Shown in pieces: positions 1 to 11,679 of a DNA stretch of 64,000 nt. Positions within the stretch are counted from its first letter, which is position 1. Each line of letters starts with the position of its first letter. The notes under the pieces were generated by a model. That model had not been told where the DNA came from. It was given only the letters and a program-made list of their open reading frames with translations, and made no database searches. The DNA is from Octopus bimaculoides. Its lineage: Eukaryota. The position numbers and the translations under genes were made by a program. Location: assembly GCF_001194135.2 (NCBI RefSeq), contig NC_068982.1:29532356-29596355 (forward strand). The letters are read 5' to 3'.

Positions 1-550
1 TTATTATTAGTTCTGAAGGAATTAAAAGGACAAAACCTCATAAAGTGTCGAATGATAAATCAACAAGAGGGGACTGCAAGTATGTCAAAGCAAGAATTAG
101 ATGAGATTTGATGACTGGCATTCCATGAAATTCTGAAATCCAATCCTAACATAACTGCTTTTGGTCTCTGATTTTCTTCCGAGCTCAAGAAAATATTCAC
201 TGGTAATATAAGGAGGCAAATGGCATAAAGGAAGGGAAAATAACAATACCATTATATAAGGTTTTATTTGGGTACAAAGGCTACTTTTGGAGATTAATGT
301 TTGTGTTCCAAATTGAAAATTTTGATATAAGCATTTGAATAACATATAGGTAGCTATATTCTTTTACAACTCACTACAGATGGCTGTCAAATAGATGAAG
401 CCATTATATTTTCTACAATTTTTCAGAAACTTCCAGATTTAATTTCTTTTTCAAGAACAGAAAATACTGAACAATTTCTGATCCTCTACAAGACACAACC
501 ATGACCTACACTAGATTATTGTCGATATTTAATTATTATAATAGTAACAA

Positions 551-1105
551 TGCCTGATGCAGTACCAGGCAGTGGCTCTCATGGCTTCTGATCTTAATTG
601 ATTGGAAGTGTTATCATGTACGTTGTTTTGTCTTTGTATAAAAGATGGGCTACAGCAAATATTCTGCTCAATACCACAGATTTGCTTGTCAGTTGTTTGA
701 CCTTAACCAGTTGAGCATGTCCCTTGGTGGCTGACGATATGTGCATTTCTGATCACAAGCAGAAGTAGTGGGGGAGCATCATAGCCATGTGTTGAGAGGA
801 GTTCTTTGGGGTTTGAATAATTCACCTTTGGAAACATAGGTGTTTTGCTCAGCATCCTTAAACAAACCTTATTCAGGGACTTTTTGAGCAGGATGGGCTA
901 CTCGACCTGAAAAAAATTCTAACTGGGTCCCACCTTCAAGGTCATGCACTGTTTATCTTGATATGAGATCACCATGTCGCGCACATATGGTTGTGATGCA
1001 TGTGCCTGGTGTACCCTTATCAGACGGGTAGTCATGATGGGTATATTGGGCTTTGTATATTTTACCCCAGTGTCATTTTGATGGCATGCACTGCACTCTC
1101 ACTCA
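551..1105 (+). mobile_element. Unclassified non-LTR-type 3' fragment ending in an (AAT)n tail
   Basis: More GC-rich than its flanks, non-coding, begins after an AT/TAA-like run and ends in CACTC followed by (AAT)n at about 1106-1130. I recognise it as an octopus interspersed repeat; clade not determined. Confidence 0.4.
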
Positions 1106-1132
1106 ATAATAATAATAATAATAATGATAACA

Positions 1133-1482
1133 TATCATCATGAAAGAAAGAGAAAAAGTTGATGAATATGGAGACCTGAGAACTGAGATAGCTAAGATGT
1201 GGCAGCTACGAAAGTCGAACATGAAGGTTATCCCTATTGCCATCGGAGCATTGGATTCAATACCATCCAATCTGAAAAAAAAAACATCTGAAAACCTTAG
1301 AAATACCCTACAATCTAGGTGTATTGCAAAAGTCGGCATCACTTGGAACTACATGCATACTGCGTAAAGTTCTGTCTGTCAGAGGTCTTTGTTGTGACTT
1401 GACAAACAGTACAAACCCCACAGTAGATACAATATATTCAATCAACAACCTCACCATATTGTATACTGTGCAACATCTACAA
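1133..1482 (+). mobile_element. 5'-truncated R4/Dong-like non-LTR retrotransposon 3' end (restriction-like endonuclease C-terminus plus 3' UTR)
   Basis: ORF 1140-1367 reads KEREKVDEYGDLRTEIAKMWQLRKSNMKVIPIAIGALDSIPSNLKK. After a frameshift in the A-run it continues LQKSASLGTTCILRKVLSV, matching the EK..Y.DL..EI..W...V.PI.IGALG.IP and LQK...LGT..ILRKVL pattern of RLE-clade elements. Flanked on both sides by (TAA)n. Confidence 0.75.
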
Positions 1483-1487
1483 TAATG

Positions 1488-1520
<33 letters not shown>

Positions 1521-1543
1521 TTAATAATAATAATAATAATAAT

Positions 1544-1599
<56 letters not shown>

Positions 1600-1635
1600 T
1601 GATAATAATAATAAAAATTATTAATAATTATAATA
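1483..1635. repeat. (TAA)n microsatellite
   Basis: About 150 bp of near-pure AAT units lying between the Dong-like tail and the tail of a SINE A copy. Confidence 0.95.
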
Positions 1636-1830
1636 ATGTTTTGCAATTTTAGCAGAAAGCTCAGGGGAGAGAGTAAGTTGATTACTTAACCCCCAGTACT
1701 CAACTGGTACTTATTTTATTGACTCTGAAAGGATGAAAGGCAAAGTTGATCTCAGCAGTGTTTGAACTCAGGACATATAGAGCTGAAAGAAACGTTACTG
1801 GGTATTTGACCTTATGTGCTAATGATAAAA
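1636..1830 (-). mobile_element. tRNA-derived SINE family A, degenerate copy
   Basis: Contains ACTGGTACTTATTTTATTGAC..GAAAGGATGAAAGGCAAAGTTGA and TTTGAACTCAG (B-box reverse complement), shared with the copies at 11506 and 37654. Confidence 0.8.
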
Positions 1831-2044
1831 AAAGGAGATGTTAGTGTATACAGTGCTCGAGAGTACAACTCAATAGAAAAGAGTAAAAGAAGGGATAAAA
1901 AGCAGCAATAAGTCAGGCAAAGAAAGATAACAATGGTAACTAACAGTACATGCACAGTACACAAGATAAAACAACAGCAACAAGAAAAAAAGACTGATAA
2001 ATGAACAGTAAAGGAATCATAGAGAGGAAAGGGTGCATTAGGAT

Positions 2045-2450
2045 GTCACGGGTAATGTTGAAAAATTTGGGGAAATTTGGAATTTTTTAAGTGGGCAGAG
2101 TTTTGTTGGATAATAACCACTGTGAATAATTTATTCTAAGTTTCAACAATTGTGAGCATGAGAAAATGCTTCCAAATTCATGTTAGAAAGTGAACCAATC
2201 AGAGTCGTTCATATTGAAGATCACAACCCTATAAAAGACTTTCCTTTTATTTGGCAAACTTTCATTCATCAATACTGTTCATCATGGAATTTGTATGTAT
2301 TCTTTCTTTTGTCATTACTACAATGCTCTCTACTCCTTGGTGCTGTCTTAAGTTATAATCTCACTGGGTAGTTGCTTGAGGATTTCCTCGAGTGTAAGAG
2401 CTCAATGCCAATCCATATATGCTGTGGTTGTGTATGTAAGGCCCCCACCA
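2045..2450 (-). mobile_element. Old CR1-like LINE 3' end relic
   Basis: Minus-strand translation with stops gives ..KHFLMLTIVET*NKLFTVV..NSKFPQIFQHY, resembling the CR1 ORF2 terminus (HFF..R....WN.LP..VV). Heavily decayed and boundaries approximate. Confidence 0.45.
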
Positions 2451-3625
2451 TTCATAGCTTTGTCCAGGGACTACTGATGCTGTGAAGACAACCCTGCTGC
2501 TATTCTAAGCATACTTGTCTAACTTGATTCCACTGCATCAATTTTCCCTCTTCTTTTCACTTCTAGAAAGACTTACTTCCTAGACATTATACTTAACACT
2601 TCATCTAATCCCATTTCTCTAAAGAAGCAACTAGAATTATTAATTTCAAACAGGATGTTTTGAGCTATTTGTTCTGGTTCTTGACTTTCTACATTCAAGT
2701 ACGACCATGATCTACGTGGGTGATAAACCTGCCTACTTTAATACCACCACCCAACTCTACTTTAATTCCACTACCCACTTTAGGTAGTGTTCACAATGCT
2801 GCAAGCATTCACACCTAAACTCCAGTTAGAGAATATCGTCGCTCCTTTCCATCGATTTTAATGGCCCTTAAAAAGAATATAGGCACCGCCCTTTCCTGTC
2901 TAAGCAATAAAAAAAAAGTTTCCCTATTCAAGTTTTTCTTCTAATCATCAATTTGAATATGATAAAAATTTAACCCACAAATTTGGAAAATATATCTCAA
3001 AATTTTTATGGGGCATGTTTGTTCAAGTTTAGAAAGCATTTTGCTACATTTCAATGAAATATGCACTCACAGTTCTTCTGGTTTGCACTGTATGTAATAG
3101 TAACCTTATTACTAAATAGATAGAAAATATGAGGATATATTGGGCTACAGATATTTGTTCAATATAAGAATAAATGCTATTCAGTTAAAACTAGCAGTTA
3201 TAGCTGGACTTTTACTCATAAATGTACAAATGTATGAAAGTTATTTAGAAAGAAATCTAAGAGGAAAAAGAAATAAAATATATAGAGAACAAGAGGATGA
3301 TTGAAAGGAAGCAAGGAGTCATAAACAAGAAAAAGACAAGAGATGAATCTAGTAGAGGAAAAAGAGAAAAGAACTGAAGATAATAAAAATAAAGAAAGCA
3401 TGAGTAAGACAAAGAAAGAATAATAGATAAAGTGGAGGAAAAAATACAAATTTAAGAATAGAATATGAGAAGAAAATATCTGAGAGACTGAGACAAAAGG
3501 AAAAGTAAAAGATAAGGAGAATAAAAGAGGGAAAAAATAGAAGAAAGATGGCAGGTGATGGCTTGAGAAAGGAAATGGAAAATGAAAACAAAAAATAAAG
3601 ATTAAAAGAAAGTGCTATGACTTAC

Positions 3626-3735
3626 CTAGCTTGTCGAATGGCTTCAATCCAGGCAATGCAGTCAGCCTCGGTGTCAGCCTTAAGATCATATTGTCGTTGT
3701 CCGGCACTTTGGTGATAGGTGATACTAAAACAAAA
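3626..3735 (-). CDS. RASGRF: Internal coding exon of a Ras guanine-nucleotide releasing factor (Ras-GRF), end of the N-terminal PH domain
   Basis: 110 nt; acceptor ttatcacttttccag, donor GTAAG; phase 0 in, phase 2 out. Encodes FCFSITYHQSAGQRQYDLKADTEADCIAWIEAIRQA(S), which aligns from memory with RASGRF1 exon 2 HYFTVNFSHENQKALELRTEDAKDCDEWVAAIAHAS, including the PH-domain C-terminal Trp helix. PH domain is secure; family assignment rests on recalled similarity and intron phases. Confidence 0.82.
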
Positions 3736-4550
3736 CTGGAAAAGTGATAAAAACAGAATTAATAACAGCTTAGATAGAATTTTTGCAAAGACAATACACA
3801 TACACACACATCGATATATATAGGGAAAAATATGCACATACATGTATATGCAGAGAGATAGATGTTCATGTATATATGTGTGTGTGTGTGTGCGTGTGTG
3901 TGGGTGTGTGTGTGTATATATACATACAGATATGTATCTATAACATATATGAATATATATGTATATTTAAGCATATTCACACACACACACACACATATAT
4001 ATGTATATATACATACACACACATACATATTTTATGGTTTATGCTAAGGCATAGTGATACGAATAACCAATTGTTAGATCTCAACATACAGGAATACATA
4101 CATATGTATGTGTGTCTAATATATAAGTGGGATACATTGGTGTAATGGTAGCACAATTGTCACAATGACTATGTCGATGATGATGATGATATATATATAT
4201 ANNNNNNNNNNNNNNNNNNNNNNNNNNNNNNNNNNNNNNNNNNNNNNNNNNNNNNNNNNNNNNNNNNNNNNNNNNNNNNNNNNNNNNNNNNNNNNNNNNN
4301 NNNNNNNNNNNNNNNNNNNNNNNNNNNNNNNNNNNNNNNNNNNNNNNNNNNNNNNNNNNNNNNNNNNNNNNNNNNNNNNNNNNNNNNNNNNNNNNNNNNN
4401 NNNNNNNNNNNNNNNNNNNNNNNNNNNNNNNNNNNNNNNNNNNNNNNNNNNNNNNNNNNNNNNNNNNNNNNNNNNNNNNNNTCCTTGATATTTTGGGTAT
4501 TTGAGTATATATAAAAATTTAGGGAATGTAGTGAACGCATGTTATAACTG

Positions 4551-4649
4551 CATACTTTATTCCGACATATGTTTCGAAGAATTACAATTTATGCGATACA
4601 TAGGAATCGTCGATGTTAAAAATGTAAACTTCTCCTCAGGGAATGTATG
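4551..4649 (-). ncRNA. Type I hammerhead ribozyme with intact catalytic core
   Basis: Minus strand reads CAUAC-AUUCC [CUGAGGA] GAAG..CUUC [GAAA] CAUAUG [UC] GGAAU-AAA-GUAUG. Stem I is 5 bp + AAA bulge + 5 bp; stem II is GAAG/CUUC extended by UUACA/UGUAA; stem III is the palindrome ACAUAUGU. GUC cleavage is predicted between plus coordinates 4564 and 4563. Confidence 0.85.
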
Positions 4650-4726
4650 GGAACCATCTTAAACGTAAGACATTATGACCGAGTATCATAATCTCGGTCA
4701 TAATGTCTTACGTTTAAGATGGTTCC

Positions 4727-4825
4727 CATACATTCCCTGAGGAGAAGTTTACATTTTTAACATCGACGATTCCTATGTATCGCATAAATTGTAATTCTTC
4801 GAAGCATATGTCGGAATAAAGTATG
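4727..4825 (+). ncRNA. Type I hammerhead ribozyme copy with core substitution (GAAA to GAAG at A15.1)
   Basis: CATAC ATTCC CTGAGGA (4737-4743) GAAG..CTTC GAAG (4801-4804) CATATG TC GGAAT AAA GTATG. Same as the left-arm ribozyme except G at 4804. Confidence 0.8.
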
Positions 4826-5173
4826 CAGTTGTAACATGCGTTTACTCCATTCCTTAAATTTTTATATATATATATATACACACATAAAATATATATTGAT
4901 TTCATTCCTTTTAAGACATCCAGTCACTGTCTTCCCACTTCATTTTTTACCATTTTCATATTTTACTACACACACACATGTACACACAAACGCGCACATG
5001 TGAATACACACATATCTATTACAGGAAGCCAAAGAACAAATATATGTTTTATATGTTGAAGTGTGTGTGTATTGTCTTTATCTATGATGTCTATGTACAT
5101 ATATATATATATATATGTGTGTATATATGTATATATACATATATATGTATGTGTATATATGTATATATATATA

Positions 5174-5212
<39 letters not shown>

Positions 5213-5229
5213 ATGCATATATATATATT

Positions 5230-5271
<42 letters not shown>

Positions 5272-5350
5272 CATATTATATACGTACAATTACATAATTT
5301 ACACATGAATATATGTATGTATATATATGTATATACATGAATGAGCAGAT

Positions 5351-5389
<39 letters not shown>

Positions 5390-8300
5390 CACACACACAA
5401 GCTCATACGCTTACAAGCCCCACTGAATTCCATACCTAGATGCACTGTTGCCACCAATTTCCAGTCCAACTACGTAACTAAATAAACTCCTTCCCAGTTG
5501 CTTACTAAACAACACTATCAACCATGACATCATGTGACCTTCCCAGACCAATTGCAGCCCATCTCCCAATAACTATCTTCTGCTTCCTGTACCTCTCCGG
5601 TCATTTGGATTCTTGCCAGTATGAGAAGAAAGGCTCTGTTAAACTTGAAGTAGCATGGGATTCGAATCAAACTGTTTTGAATAATATGTGTATATTAAAA
5701 GGTAACAACAAGAGAATGAGACCTCGATGTTAGAGAAATAGAGGATTATTCATATATGTTATAATTTTGAACAAACAGTAAAAAGATCTTATTGGTNNNN
5801 NNNNNNNNNNNNNNNNNNNNNNNNNNNNNNNNNNNNNNNNNNNNNNNNNNNNNNNNNNNNNNNNNNNNNNNNNNNNNNNNNNNNNNNNNNNNNNNNNNNN
5901 NNNNNNNNNNNNNNNNNNNNNNNNNNNNNNNNNNNNNNNNNNNNNNNNNNNNNNNNNNNNNNNNNNNNNNNNNNNNNNNNNNNNNNNNNNNNNNNNNNNN
6001 NNNNNNNNNNNNNNNNNNNNNNNNNNNNNNNNNNNNNNNNNNNNNNNNNNNNNNNNNNNNNNNNNNNNNNNNNNNNNNNNNNNNNNNNNNNNNNNNNNNN
6101 NNNNNNNNNNNNNNNNNNNNNNNNNNNNNNNNNNNNNNNNNNNNNNNNNNNNNNNNNNNNNNNNNNNNNNNNNNNNNNNNNNNNNNNNNNNNNNNNNNNN
6201 NNNNNNNNNNNNNNNNNNNNNNNNNNNNNNNNNNNNNNNNNNNNNNNNNNNNNNNNNNNNNNNNNNNNNNNNNNNNNNNNNNNNNNNNNNNNNNNNNNNN
6301 NNNNNNNNNNNNNNNNNNNNNNNNNNNNNNNNNNNNNNNNNNNNNNNNNNNNNNNNNNNNNNNNNNNNNNNNNNNNNNNNNNNNNNNNNNNNNNNNNNNN
6401 NNNNNNNNNNNNNNNNNNNNNNNNNNNNNNNNNNNNNNNNNNNNNNNNNNNNNNNNNNNNNNNNNNNNNNNNNNNNNNNNNNNNNNNNNNNNNNNNNNNN
6501 NNNNNNNNNNNNNNNNNNNNNNNNNNNNNNNNNNNNNNNNNNNNNNNNNNNNNNNNNNNNNNNNNNNNNNNNNNNNNNNNNNNNNNNNNNNNNNNNNNNN
6601 NNNNNNNNNNNNNNNNNNNNNNNNNNNNNNNNNNNNNNNNNNNNNNNNNNNNNNNNNNNNNNNNNNNNNNNNNNNNNNNNNNNNNNNNNNNNNNNNNNNN
6701 NNNNNNNNNNNNNNNNCATTTATTTTATACATATATTAGTGCTTTCGTTCGTCTTTCTAACTTGTCAAATATAATTCTGTGAAAATACAGAGATCTAGCT
6801 TATTTATATAAAAACAGGTGTTTTGGGGGATTTTGTTTATAACAGAACATTGTTTTGTTTTTTTGTTTTTTGGGTTGAGGCTTTGGAGACAATGGAAGAT
6901 GTATAAGCAGATAGATAGATATATAGGCAGATAGAGAGATAGATAGATAGACTGATAGTCAGACAGATAGAGAGATGGATGTGTGTGTGTGTATGTACAT
7001 AAGTATGTATGTATGTGTATGCGTGAGAGTGTGTGTGTGTGCACATAAGCAAGGTCACCTGGAAGCCACAAGTACCCTGTATGAGTGAAGAGGAATGGGT
7101 CAACCAGGAATGAAACCTGCACCACAGATCCCACTTGCCAAGAGTTTAACAGCATTTGTGCACTTATTAACATGCATACATATGTGCATAATTGCAACGA
7201 ACTTCAGAAAGCTTTTCCACTGAGTATGAATAGTTATAGCGTGACATATGCACCATGTTGATAATGCAATATTTATTCCCAATTTTATAAGCTGGAGTTT
7301 ATTGAATTATATTTAGAAAAGAAAAATACACATCAATCGTTCTTTGTGATGTTAAATGTTTGTAAAATTTTGAAAGCAAAAAATAAGAAAGCTCATTTTT
7401 TTATCTAGACTTTTGCCAAAATATTAAAACATTGCCTTAATTATAGTTTATACTGTGTTTAGTGTTGGCAAAATATTTCAAGACCATTGAGATAACCAAT
7501 TATTTTTGTTTGTGCCATCTTCTCTTCTCTTATGTGTATTTAATAGCTATAATAATTCAGATAATGTTATTCCAGTGGTATCTGCTGGAAAAGATCAATG
7601 TGTCTTCTCTCTTCATGTACAAATGGATGGCTCAAAAATCTAATTAAAATATGCATTCCTGTTAAATTACCTTGGTTTTTGTTGTTGTTATTGGTGTTTT
7701 TGCTGTTCAACCCCAAGTCAGCCCTGAATGAGCATACCTATGATCAAAAGTGCTCAAGCTGTGATCACCATGTTTTTATTTATAATGTGGTGTATCCCAG
7801 AACTACCATACCTTCTTCCTCCTGGAACACATTCTATACAGATACTAATGTCCTAAAATATGTGTCTTCCATATCAAAGAAGGTTCAGATTTTGTTGGAA
7901 TTTTCGCTGCTACTTTGTGCAAGACATGTGACTACAGAAACTCTATGGTGGTTTAGTTTTCTGAGAAGGTCAAAAGCAATGGACGAGAAAAAGTACGTAT
8001 AAATTGTGCTATCAGCTAATACTTAAAAATAGACAAAACAAATTGAACATAAAGTAAGACACTGAGTTCTGATCTTATAAATGGGTCAATAAACAATGCA
8101 CATATGCTTTAAATTCATTTTTGCTTTTAATTTTGTGATAATATAATATTATAAAATGGACATTTTGTAGTATCTAAGTATATATATTATATATCATAGT
8201 ATTTAAGATATCAAAGAATAAAAACGAAAAGGAACATAATAGCATGTGTGCATGTGCATGTGTGTGTTTTAAATGGCCATCAAGTAAATGTTTTAGTTTC

Positions 8301-9448
8301 AAAACACAATCTCAACTTTAGTCACTTTCCAAGCAAATACATCACCAAAATTTGTCAGTTCTTTTCAAAACCTAAGAACTATTAGAAAGAATTTGTTCTG
8401 TACAGCAAACGAACAGAATTAAACATGGAATAATAGCTATAAGCCATTTACTATGATCATAATTGCAAAGATTCTTCTAAAGAAAGAATTAAATTGTGAT
8501 GTAGCAGGGTAAGGAAATATTTTCAAGAAAACTAGGTAATTGATCTGATTTCTTTTATATAGCTGTGCCAAAGAAGTATGACTGCATACTATCACTTACA
8601 ATATCAAATTCTCTTAAGGTGACTTGGATACAAAATATATGAAAAGTGCTATAGAGCTGAGTTTATTCTAAAAGCTGAACAGGAAGAGAACAAGATGAAA
8701 AGCAAATAATTTCAGTAGAAGTAAAGAAAATAAGGAAAGTAAAGAAAGTGTTAGTCAGAATGTTAAGAAAAGATAAAATATAATGAAAAAATAATAACAA
8801 AAACAAAAAAAATGGTGTACTGGTGACCTAATTTGATGAAAGTTAAATATCAGAAATGTGAAAAAACTTGTATGTATGTTATAGAGACATTTATATCAAT
8901 GAAACTATGAAACTTACCTCCAAAACATGAATTAACTGAATGAAGTAGTTAAAGAATAAATAATGAAAACGATTTTTTATTGTATATATATATATATATA
9001 TNNNNNNNNNNNNNNNNNNNNNNNNNNNNNNNNNNNNNNNNNNNNNNNNNNNNNNNNNNNNNNNNNNNNNNNNNNNNNNNNNNNNNNNNNNNNNGATCTA
9101 CTCGTACACTGTTGTTCCCATATATCCATACATGTATGTATGTATGTATGTATGTATGTGTCTATATATGTATATGTATGTGTGTGTATATATATACATA
9201 TATATACACACAAGTATATATTTAAATGAATTGATTCAATAATGTGTGTTAGTGTTACTTATTATTTCATTGATCTCCAGTATTCAAAAAATAAATCTCA
9301 CTTGAATTGGAACAGGCACACAGGAAGGAACTAAATATTGCAATGGATTTAGGGTAAGCTCATGAATCTGAAGAGATTGGTAAGGGTCCTTCACTAGGTT
9401 TTACTGTTACCATCAACATTAATATGATATAAATCAAGAATAATTTAA

Positions 9449-9663
9449 CCCTTCAATATTCAGGTTTACTCTGTCAGCTATAATGCTTATTTATTCACAT
9501 GGTTTTCAATTAATCTGTTTTGTGATTGAGATTTTTTAATGATGAGACTGTTTATTTTCAAAATGATATTGTAGAGTAGGTGTGAGAAGTCAGATCTAGC
9601 TGATTTGAGCATAAAACAAGTAGACTGTTGTGGCCTGATATGGCTGATTTAAATGCTAATGGG
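9449..9663 (+). mobile_element. piggyBac-type MITE (family E)
   Basis: TTAA (9445-9448) CCCTT..AATGGG TTAA (9664-9667): intact TTAA duplications and CCCT/GGG termini. Internal sequence shared with 33234 and 53717. Confidence 0.8.
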
Positions 9664-10610
9664 TTAAGGGAGTGAAAAAGTATAAAATGAAGTTTTAGTA
9701 CTGCATCATTTCTCATAGCTTTTACCTCAACAACATGAAAAATATAAAAAAAATTACCCTTTTTATTATCAAAAATACTAATTTGAAATAAGTTTACAAG
9801 CTACTAAGTTGTTTGTGAAGACTTTCTATTCAAGATTGATTACTTTCCAGTGACTGATAAAGAAAATTCTTTTGGAATTGAACAAGAAAATTGATATATT
9901 NNNNNNNNNNGAAATAACCAGGAACTGATTTATACGGAATTTTTGTACACTCTTTTTAGAAAAATCAAATGTTTCTGTATTATGGAGGAGGGGGTGGAGA
10001 AGTTACTTTTTTTTTTTCCTGAACAAAATAGTTTATGATGATGAAAAGAATAAAGAGCAGCCGAGCGGATTTTGACTGAATATAAAGATACGTGATCTAA
10101 AAATGTGTTAAAAAAAAGAAGAAAAATACCACCCAATAAAAGTAGACCTTTAATACTTTGAAATCAATAAATTAATCAGCTATTAAATATTGATGAACAA
10201 AATACATTAGAGATAGAGTTTATATAGTTAACATGTGTATTTCTTTAAACTATAAAATCATTGAAAGTCAAAACAGTAACTATGTTGATTCCAATGAATG
10301 GTGGTGGTATTATTTGATTTCTATTCCATTCTCATGTGCAAGGTTAGTGAGGACAGGTTAGGAAGTTCAGATATCTCTTTGAATGACCATTCTTGAAATG
10401 AAGTGGAAATTATATCCATTTTCTTGCTTGATAAAAGGAGATGGAAGTTATCTTTACCCTAAGACTGCCTTTTGCTTCATAATTCCTTTATCTAACACTT
10501 TTTCAAATTAAATATATAGAATACTCTATATTATGTTAGATATTGATAGCTAGATCTCTTCCTAACTGACTTGTGATAATGATGATGATGATGACAGCAA
10601 CAACAGCAGC

Positions 10611-10662
<52 letters not shown>

Positions 10663-10670
10663 TTAATATT

Positions 10671-10890
10671 AATAATGGTTTCAAATTTTCACATAGTGCC
10701 AGAAATTTCGGGGGAAGGGGTAGTTTGATTACATGGACCCCAGTGCTCAACTGGTAGTTATTTTATCAACCCAAAAGGATGAAAGACAAAGTCAATCATA
10801 GCAGAATTTGAACTCAGAACATAAAAACAGATGAACTGCTGTTAAGCATTTTACCTGGTATACTAATGGTTCTGCTAACTCACTACCATA
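10671..10890 (-). mobile_element. SINE family A copy with (ATT)n tail
   Basis: Near full length, from the tail GGTTTCAAATTTT to the head CTGCTAACTCACTACC; (AAT)n tail tract at 10610-10670 on the plus strand. Confidence 0.85.
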
Positions 10891-10902
10891 ATAATGTTGA
10901 TA

Positions 10903-11070
10903 ATGGTTTCAAATCTTGCCACAAGGGCAGCAATTTTGGGGGAGGGGATGAAAGGCAAAGGATGAAAGGCAAAGTCAACCTTGGTAGAATTTGAACTCAG
11001 AAAGGAGTGACAGGCAAAATATCGCTAAGCATTTCATCCAGCTGGCTAATGACTCTGCCAGCTCACTACC
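10903..11070 (-). mobile_element. SINE family A copy with internal deletion
   Basis: GGTTTCAAATCTTGCCACAAGGGCAGCAATTTTGGGGG..GGATGAAAGGCAAAGTCAACC..TTTGAACTCAG..CTGCCAGCTCACTACC. Confidence 0.85.
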
Positions 11071-11154
11071 TCAATAATAATGATGGTAATAATAATAATA
11101 ATAGTAATAATAATAGTAATAGTAATAGTAATAATAATAATGATAATAATAATG

Positions 11155-11200
<46 letters not shown>

Positions 11201-11210
11201 TAATAATAAT

Positions 11211-11500
11211 TCTTCCTACTATAGGCACAAGGAGTGAAATTTTGGGGGAGAGGGCTAGTCAATTACATTGGCCCCATTTCTCAGCTGGTACTTATTTCAT
11301 TGATCCTTGGAAGATAAAAAGCAAAGTTGACCATGGTTAAATTTTGAGCTCAATGCACAAGGCCTCAAATTTTTATGAGGGGCCAGTCAATTACATTGAC
11401 CTTAGTATTCAGTTGGTATATATTTTATCATCCCAGTAGAATGTGAACTCAGAATGTGAAGCTGGACAAAAGGCTGCTTACTGTTTCATCATGTGTGCTA
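11211..11500 (-). mobile_element. Two adjacent partial SINE family A copies (about 11211-11345 and 11350-11500)
   Basis: Two successive GCACAAGG..GTCAATTACATTG..GGTA(C/T) segments in the same orientation. Confidence 0.7.
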
Positions 11501-11505
11501 ACTCA

Positions 11506-11679
11506 TTTCTTTATTGCCCACAAGGGGCTAAACATAGAGGGGACAAACAAGGGCAGACAAAGAGATTAAGTCGATTACATCGACCCCAGTGCGTAACTGG
11601 TACTTAATTTATCGACCCCGAAAGGATGAAAGGCAAAGTTGACCTCGGCGGAATTTGAACTCAGAATGTAACGGCAGAG
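11506..11679 (-). mobile_element. SINE family A, young subfamily copy lacking the 5' head
   Basis: Nearly identical to 37654-37830 (TATTGCCCACAAGGGGCTAAACATAGAGGGGACAAACAAGG..GTCGATTACATCGACCCCAGTGCGTAACTG); CpGs retained. Confidence 0.9.

Larger units (their letters stand above)
4506..4870. repeat. Long inverted repeat (178-bp arms, 9-nt spacer), probably an inverted pair of Penelope-like terminal repeats
   Basis: Arms 4506-4683 and 4693-4870 are reverse complements with 5 mismatches (left positions 4522, 4529, 4533, 4545, 4572); the inner 111 bp are identical. Spacer TATCATAAT. CpG-rich relative to flanks. Confidence 0.97.

Noticed and set aside
3622-3843. Full 73-aa ORF from the track as a gene
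   Set aside because: Only 3626-3735 is exon; the N-terminal part is microsatellite and polypyrimidine tract, and the stop lies past the GT donor.
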